DNA of 64,000 bases, from assembly GCA_963791795.1 (NCBI GenBank), contig CAWBTP010000035.1, positions 35,578 to 99,577 of the forward strand. The letters are read 5' to 3'. The notes under the pieces are model-generated. The model made no database searches. It was not told where the DNA came from and worked only from the letters and a program-made list of their open reading frames with translations. Below are positions 58,292 through 64,000 of this stretch, piece by piece; within the stretch, counting starts at the first letter, position 1; the number at the start of each line of letters is the position of its first letter. The DNA comes from an uncultured Acidimicrobiia bacterium. Its GTDB lineage: Bacteria > Acidobacteriota > Terriglobia > Versatilivoradales > Versatilivoraceae. The translations under genes and the position numbers were made by a program.

Positions 58292-59626
58292 TTGTCAACC
58301 CGTCGTGAGTTTCTCACACAGACAGCCACTGTCCTCGTCACCGCGACATCCATTCAGTTGGCGAGCCCCACGAACCAGAAGGCGGTGCCGAAGCCTTTGA
58401 ATGGCGCGCCGAATGCTATGCGTCAAGCGGGCTCGCCCATCAAGAAGGTCATTTGCCGGGAGGAGACGACGCTTCGGCTGGGTGGTCATGGCGCCGAATG
58501 GCACATGAGCTGGGCGGCTGACGACCGGCAGTTCGTTTCTCTGGGCGGCGGCATGGGCTGGTCCGATAATCCGGAGCGGGTCTACATCAGCCGGCTTCTT
58601 GCCATTAGCAACGGCCCGCACGATGCGATCTTCCAGGATGTCCCTGCCTATCCCGACCACCTCCAGCCGGCGAGTGGGGAGAATGCCCCACCGGTCTACA
58701 CTAGTTTCGGTACGTTCGCTCTGGACGGGCGCATTTATCAGTTTCTCAACACGCTCGAACAGGGGACTCCCTCCACACGCACAAGAAATTTCATCGGAAC
58801 GAAGCTTATTTATTCTCCCGACAGCGGGCGCACCTGGTGCAATCATGATGGGTCAACGCCGGTGACGTGGGAGGGGTGGGAGAGCCGCTCCCGGAAAAGC
58901 CTGCTCTTCTTCGAGGAACCACAGAGCAGCTTCTCGGTGTTGTCGGTCCTGCAGATGGGTCGGAACTACGAAGCGAACCGGGATGGTTACGTCTATATCT
59001 ACTCTTGCAACGGCAATACCGAAGGCACGATGAACCAACTCGTCCTATGCCGCGTCCCGAAAGGCCGCATTGTCGATCGATCGGCTTATGAATTCTTCTC
59101 CGGACTGAAGTCCGACGGCAGCGCCAGCTGGTCAGCTGACATCAACGCGCGTGGCGTCGTCCACACGTTCCCCAGTGGATGGGTGAACGCCTCCGGTGTT
59201 CCCCATGCTTGGCAGCCGAGCGTCGCATACAATGCGCCGCTTGGCGTGTACATCATGGCCAACTGGGGCAACGGGATTGCACCCGACGGTGCCGGGTTCG
59301 TCAAGCCCTGCTATATCGGATTCTGGACAGCGCCGAATCCCTGGGGGCCGTGGACCCAGATTCACGAGGATACAGCGTGGACGCCCGGCAACGATCCTGG
59401 CTCCCGTGCCTACATGCCGATCATCGCGCCGAAGTGGATCGCCAAGGATGGCAAGTCTTTTTGGATCGTATGGTCGGACCTCCAGCGGAAGGGCAGCAAA
59501 GAGGAACTCGAGCGGTTTCGGAAAGAGTCCAGACAGATGAACGCCCACGATCGAATGCGGGCCATGCGGCGAATCATGCCGTACTATTCCTTCAACACTC
59601 AACGTGTTGACCTAGTCATCGCCTGA
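58292..59626 (+). CDS. TAT-secreted hypothetical protein, possibly a beta-propeller glycosidase-like fold (DUF4185-like; weak call)
   Basis: It has the twin-arginine N-terminus MSTRREFLTQTATVLVTATS. The Trp/Gly-rich repeated blades give a general resemblance only. Confidence 0.45.
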   Translation: MSTRREFLTQTATVLVTATSIQLASPTNQKAVPKPLNGAPNAMRQAGSPIKKVICREETTLRLGGHGAEWHMSWAADDRQFVSLGGGMGWSDNPERVYISRLLAISNGPHDAIFQDVPAYPDHLQPASGENAPPVYTSFGTFALDGRIYQFLNTLEQGTPSTRTRNFIGTKLIYSPDSGRTWCNHDGSTPVTWEGWESRSRKSLLFFEEPQSSFSVLSVLQMGRNYEANRDGYVYIYSCNGNTEGTMNQLVLCRVPKGRIVDRSAYEFFSGLKSDGSASWSADINARGVVHTFPSGWVNASGVPHAWQPSVAYNAPLGVYIMANWGNGIAPDGAGFVKPCYIGFWTAPNPWGPWTQIHEDTAWTPGNDPGSRAYMPIIAPKWIAKDGKSFWIVWSDLQRKGSKEELERFRKESRQMNAHDRMRAMRRIMPYYSFNTQRVDLVIA

Positions 59627-59764
59627 GCACCCAAGGCTCAAAGCTCCCGCCGACCTGCGAAATTGTGAATTCCGTTCAAATCGGCGTAAAGTACATTTGC
59701 ATTCGTATTCAGGAATTTGGTTGGGGCGTCTTTGAACCGGGCCCTTTGCGCGGGTGAATCTCTC

Positions 59765-62275
59765 ATGACTCTCGCCCTAATGATTTTGGCGGTTGCATCG
59801 CAGGCATTTGCGGCAGATGACCTGGAGTTCTTTGAGTCGAAGGTTCGCCCACTCTTTGCCACTCAGTGTTATTCCTGCCACAGTTCGAAGGCGACGATCG
59901 TGCAGGGAGGTTTGCGGTTAGACAGTCGCGAGACCATCCTGCGCGGCGGGCATTCTGGTCCTGCCTTGGTGCCGGGCGATCCTCACCAGAGCCGGATGAT
60001 TCGCGCGCTGCGACATGAAATCGAGCCCCACATGCCTCCGTGGGGCAAGTTGGAACCGGAAAAGATCGCGGTGTTCGAGGAGTGGATTCGCCGCGGTGCA
60101 CCGTGGCCGGAAGAGCGAGCCTCTAGCGCGCCAAGGTCGACTTTGCCACCCTCAAAACCAAATGCCAAAAGCCATTGGGCCTGGCAGCCGATTGCACTCA
60201 AGCCACCGCCTGGTGTGCAAGGCACTTGGGCGCGCGATGCAATTGATCGTTTCCTACTTCACAAGCTTCAACAAAAGGGAATTGAGCCAGCGCCCCCTGC
60301 CGACCCGGCGAGCCTGCTGCGGCGTGTCTATTTGGATTTGACTGGACTTCCGCCGGGCCCCGAACGGGTGCGATCCTTCCTGGAAAATCCATCGAGTCAA
60401 CAATACGAAGCGATTGTCGACGAGTTGTTGAACTCACGTCACTACGGCGAACGATGGGGCCGATGGTGGTTGGATGTTACCTACTATGGAGACACGCTGG
60501 ATACGGGTTCCGAGATCCTGGCAACTGAGGCCTGGCGCTATCGAGACTACGTGATTCGCACCTTCAATCAGGACAAACCGGTCAACCGGTTTTTCCAGGA
60601 GCAGATTGCGGGAGATTTGCTGCCGGCGAGAGATCAACGAGAGCGTAATGATTTGATTGTCGCCACGGGTTACCTTGCAATTGGCCCGTGGTCGATTGTC
60701 CTTGCTGACAAGCCTCAGCTGCAGATGGACACCATTGACCAGCAACTCGAACTGATTGGTCGAGGCATGCTGGGACTGACGTTGGGCTGTTCCCGCTGCC
60801 ACGACCATAAGTTTGATCCCATTACATTGCAGGACTATTACGGAATGGCCGGAATCCTTAAAAGCACCCGCACTTTGCACGGGAGGTTGTCGGAGGGATA
60901 CGGCCTCGGGGCAGATCCGCTCTCGAAACGTAACAAGCCTGACGGTGTCTTCAGCGACGTGAACAAGGTCCGCCTGCTGGAAACGGCCGAGGAGCGCCAG
61001 CAACGCGAAAAGAAACTTCATCTTTACGAACAGGAAATTGCGGCACTCCAAAAGGTGCTGGCGCCGCTCAAAGAAGCGGCCGAACTGCTGAAAGATCAAG
61101 AAGCAAAGAACAAGGAGAAAAGTACGGGAACGCGAAGTGAGGTAGAGAAAGACCCAGAGAAAGACAAGGATCCAGAAAAGGAGAAGAAGAAGGAGCTCGA
61201 GACCAAGATCAACTCTCTTGAGATGCGGATCGGCATGCTCGATTTCAACAAACCGCTCCCCCCATTTGCCTATGCGGTGCAAGACGAAGAGAAACCGGAA
61301 GACTGCCGCATTGCCATTCGCGGCAACGCTCACCAGTTAGGTGACCATGTGCCACGGGGCTTTGTGCAGTTGGCCTCGTTTGGAGAGCGACAGTCTAGCT
61401 GGAAGGGGAGTGGCAGACTGGAGCTGGCTAAATGGCTCACCGACGACCGACAACCACTGACACCGCGGGTTTATGTGAATCGTGTCTGGCAGCAGCTCTT
61501 CGGGACCGGCCTTGTGCGCAGCTCGGACAACTTTGGCATTCGAGGCGACTTGCCGTCCCATCCCGAGTTACTCGACTATCTGGCAAGCGAGTTCATCAAG
61601 CAGGGATGGTCTACCAAGAAGTTGGTCCGGAGGTTGGTGCTGACCAGTGCCTATCGTATGTCGGCGAACCCCAATCCGGCAGCTCAGGAGATGGATCCTG
61701 ACAACAGTCTCGTGTGGCGCATGAATGCCCGGCGTCTGGAGGCCGAAACGATTCGGGACAGTATTCTGGCGATTGCGGGAAAGCTGGACCGGACCGAAGG
61801 CGGCGACACGCTTCCAACGCATAGTTTGGAGACATTCCTTCCCAACCTGACGACATTTAATCCTTCTGGGGTCATCAAAACGGCTCGTCTTCCAGAAAAT
61901 CTGCGCTATCGACGCACCGTTTACCTGCCGATTTTCCGCACCAAGCAGATGAAGGAACTCGACATCCTGAATTATTTTGACTTTGCAGACCCCACCCAAA
62001 TCAACGCATCAAGGCGGACGACCGTGGTTCCGACGCAAAGCCTGTTTCTCATGAATTCGCCCTGGATTGCCGAACAGGCGGAAGCCCTGGCTACGAAGCT
62101 GACCCAAGATGACCAATTGCTGGATTCCCAGCGGGTGAGCGAACTCATTCTTCTGATCTTCAACCGCAAATCGGCAGAAGCTGAAATCATGCGTGGACTG
62201 GAGTTCGTCTACGACTTTGAACGCCGCGCGAGCACTGATCCGACGGCAAAGCGGCAGGCCCGCCAGGCCGTTTAG
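59765..62275 (+). CDS. PSCyt + DUF1549 + DUF1553 protein (paralog of 53120-56156)
   Basis: The signal peptide is MTLALMILAVASQAFA. It carries one CxxCH (CYSCH) in FFESKVRPLFATQCYSCH, GCSRCHDHKFDP, a Lys/Glu-rich coiled segment and a DUF1553 tail TVVPTQSLFLMNS. Confidence 0.85.
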   Translation: MTLALMILAVASQAFAADDLEFFESKVRPLFATQCYSCHSSKATIVQGGLRLDSRETILRGGHSGPALVPGDPHQSRMIRALRHEIEPHMPPWGKLEPEKIAVFEEWIRRGAPWPEERASSAPRSTLPPSKPNAKSHWAWQPIALKPPPGVQGTWARDAIDRFLLHKLQQKGIEPAPPADPASLLRRVYLDLTGLPPGPERVRSFLENPSSQQYEAIVDELLNSRHYGERWGRWWLDVTYYGDTLDTGSEILATEAWRYRDYVIRTFNQDKPVNRFFQEQIAGDLLPARDQRERNDLIVATGYLAIGPWSIVLADKPQLQMDTIDQQLELIGRGMLGLTLGCSRCHDHKFDPITLQDYYGMAGILKSTRTLHGRLSEGYGLGADPLSKRNKPDGVFSDVNKVRLLETAEERQQREKKLHLYEQEIAALQKVLAPLKEAAELLKDQEAKNKEKSTGTRSEVEKDPEKDKDPEKEKKKELETKINSLEMRIGMLDFNKPLPPFAYAVQDEEKPEDCRIAIRGNAHQLGDHVPRGFVQLASFGERQSSWKGSGRLELAKWLTDDRQPLTPRVYVNRVWQQLFGTGLVRSSDNFGIRGDLPSHPELLDYLASEFIKQGWSTKKLVRRLVLTSAYRMSANPNPAAQEMDPDNSLVWRMNARRLEAETIRDSILAIAGKLDRTEGGDTLPTHSLETFLPNLTTFNPSGVIKTARLPENLRYRRTVYLPIFRTKQMKELDILNYFDFADPTQINASRRTTVVPTQSLFLMNSPWIAEQAEALATKLTQDDQLLDSQRVSELILLIFNRKSAEAEIMRGLEFVYDFERRASTDPTAKRQARQAV

Positions 62276-62345
62276 CGTGGACAGCCTATATTCAGACGCT
62301 GCTGGCATCGAATGAATTTCTCTATCGCATCTGAGGAAGAGACGT

Positions 62346-63788
62346 ATGGATAACAGGCACTTCATATCCCCTGCGGTGAGCCGCCGCGAATTCCTCCGAC
62401 GGACCGGAAATGGGTTTGGCGCGATAGCACTGGCCGCGCTCGGCACGGAGCAGTCGATGCTTGCATCAACCTCCAGTCCACTGCTGCCCAAACCAGCCCA
62501 CTACGCGGCTCGCGCCAAGCGAGTTATTTTTCTCTTCATGCAGGGTGGCCCGTCGCAAATGGACTTGTTCGACTACAAGCCTAAGCTGGCGGAATTCGCA
62601 GGCAAACCGTTTGAGCTGCCGGCGAATTACGAGGCTCCGGGACTGAACAAGACGAAACTGATGCCGCCGATCTCCTCCTTCCGGCGCTATGGCGAGTCCG
62701 GACTTCATATGACCGAATGGTTTCCGATGATCGGCAACGTAGCCGACGAACTCTGCGTCTTGCGCGGTATGCAGACAGATACTGAAGCCCATACCACGGC
62801 GGTGCGTCAAATCAATACCGGTGCGCCGGTTCAGGTCCGGCCATCGATGGGTGCCTGGATCGTCTATGGGCTCGGCACAGAAAACTCAAACATGCCGGGC
62901 TTCATCACTATCCGTCCCAGCCTGACTGGCGATGCGGGAAGCCCGCAGAACTTTGGAGCGGCGTTCCTGCCCGCCATCTATCAAGGCACACCGGTAGGGT
63001 TAGCGAAATCCGAAGAACCGGCGGCCGTTGACTACTCCCGCAATGAAAAGTTGACGTCCGGTCTGCAGATGCGTCAGATGGAAATGTTGCGAGCTCTCAA
63101 TCGAGACTTCGTTTCCCGTACGCCGGATTCGGCGATGGAAGGAATGATTGAGTCCTTCGAGCTCGCTTTCCGGATGCAGTCGGAAGCACCGGGCTTGATG
63201 GATTTGTCGAAAGAATCCAAGGCAACGCAAAAGCTGTACGGTATCGACGAAAAGGAAACCAGGGATCTGGGACAACAGTGTTTGCTCGCGCGTCGATTAG
63301 TGGAGGCAGGAGTACGGTTCGTACAGGTCAATGACGACGGTTGGGATCACCATGTGTCGATTCGAGAGCTTTTGCCGAAGAAGTGCAAGCAAGTGGACCG
63401 ACCGATTGCTGCCCTCATCACCGATCTCAAGGCTCGTGGTTTGCTGGAAGACACACTGGTGATTTGGGGAGGAGAGTTTGGTCGAACGCCCTTCGATCAG
63501 GACCTATCCTTGGGCAAAGCGGGCGAAGAAAAGCGTGGCCGGGAGCACAACCCCAGGGGGTTCACGATGTGGCTGGCTGGCGGCGGGGTCAAAAGGGGCC
63601 TGGTGCATGGCGTGACCGATGACTTTGCCTTCCGGGCCGTCGATCAGAAAGTGCATATGCACGACCTGCACGCAACCATTCTGCACTTGCTCGGGCTGGA
63701 TCACGAAAAGCTCACCTACCGCTACAGCGGGCGGGATTTTCGGCTGACAGACGTCTACGGTCGTGTGGTCAACGAAATCCTTGCGTAA
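62346..63788 (+). CDS. DUF1501 domain protein, TAT signal
   Basis: The N-terminus is MDNRHFISPAVSRREFLRRTGNG, with GAGGAAG upstream. It is a paralog of 51507-52916. Confidence 0.85.
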   Translation: MDNRHFISPAVSRREFLRRTGNGFGAIALAALGTEQSMLASTSSPLLPKPAHYAARAKRVIFLFMQGGPSQMDLFDYKPKLAEFAGKPFELPANYEAPGLNKTKLMPPISSFRRYGESGLHMTEWFPMIGNVADELCVLRGMQTDTEAHTTAVRQINTGAPVQVRPSMGAWIVYGLGTENSNMPGFITIRPSLTGDAGSPQNFGAAFLPAIYQGTPVGLAKSEEPAAVDYSRNEKLTSGLQMRQMEMLRALNRDFVSRTPDSAMEGMIESFELAFRMQSEAPGLMDLSKESKATQKLYGIDEKETRDLGQQCLLARRLVEAGVRFVQVNDDGWDHHVSIRELLPKKCKQVDRPIAALITDLKARGLLEDTLVIWGGEFGRTPFDQDLSLGKAGEEKRGREHNPRGFTMWLAGGGVKRGLVHGVTDDFAFRAVDQKVHMHDLHATILHLLGLDHEKLTYRYSGRDFRLTDVYGRVVNEILA

Positions 63789-63841
63789 AGGGCAAGACTG
63801 CGCCAATTTGGATTGAAACGTTATTTGGTCCTTCCCCAAGA

Positions 63842-64000
63842 TCACTTCTGTTGGTCCTCTGCGAGCTTTGTCATCCAAATATTGCCGGTTATCTCACCCA
63901 GGTTGAACACAACTTTGTCGGGTGCGACTGAAATATCCATCAGGCCGTAACCCACATTCAGGATCGAGCGCCGTACCTGGTGGATGTGGTAGAGGGGCAG
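63842..64000 (-). CDS. hypothetical protein, C-terminal 52 codons (gene continues past the right edge)
   Basis: The frame is open from 64000 to TGA (63842-63844 on the plus strand, TCA). It translates LPLYHIHQVRRSILNVGYGLMDISVAPDKVVFNLGEITGNIWMTKLAEDQQK. Confidence 0.3.
   Translation of the reverse strand: MPLYHIHQVRRSILNVGYGLMDISVAPDKVVFNLGEITGNIWMTKLAEDQQK

Noticed and set aside
61020-61215. Lys/Glu/Asp-rich segment (EKDPEKDKDPEKEKKKELE) in the second PSCyt protein as an inserted element.
   Set aside because: The paralog has a shorter charged coiled segment at the equivalent position (EELKKQIADLEKSK). This looks like a variable linker between DUF1549 and DUF1553, not foreign DNA.
1-64000. 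Mobile genetic island, prophage or defence system.
   Set aside because: I found no integrase, transposase, phage structural, restriction-modification, toxin-antitoxin or nuclease/helicase-type genes. The only P-loop orphan (42224-42802) looks like a small kinase and stands alone.

Overview
The window reads as chromosomal DNA from a moderately GC-rich Gram-negative bacterium, most likely Acidobacteriota (Solibacter/Bryobacter-like). The evidence for that placement is two CarboxypepD_reg-type TonB-dependent receptors ending in QFGLKY(L/Y)F, a CRTAC1/ASPIC-UnbV FG-GAP protein, many TPR proteins, and PSCyt/DUF1549/DUF1553 + DUF1501 gene pairs. This is family-level pattern recognition only; I ran no database search. 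From left to right the content is:

- 1-6.7 kb: a gene-poor, partly decayed stretch with small ORFs, an ATP-dependent DNA ligase relic and an M48 peptidase.
- 6.7-9.9 kb, minus strand: an mgtC-mlaE-mlaF-mlaD-OmpA-like operon.
- 10-31 kb: an FG-GAP protein, TonB receptor 1, an ECF sigma/ZAS anti-sigma pair, TonB receptor 2, three TPR proteins, an SDR and an orphan 711-aa secreted protein.
- 32-42 kb: a plus-strand catabolic/transport block of SDR, ALDH, Zn-ADH, RraA-like aldolase, bicupin, MFS, hydrolase-propeller and sugar porter.
- 42-64 kb: a glycan/redox cluster with two ceramidase-like proteins, a GMC flavoprotein with a TAT small subunit, GH38, DUF1080, a TAT-secreted unknown, and two mirror-image PSCyt + DUF1501 pairs.

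Three families of short palindromic intergenic repeats are scattered throughout. About 40 reading-frame breaks, mostly +1, interrupt otherwise recognisable genes, so many track ORFs are fragments of longer genes. I found no rRNA, convincing tRNA, CRISPR array, transposase, integrase, prophage or recognisable defence genes. The most interesting unexplained content is the PSCyt/DUF1501/GMC/DUF1080 cluster, a promoter-like motif shared by the ECF sigma gene and the TonB receptors, and the 711-aa orphan.
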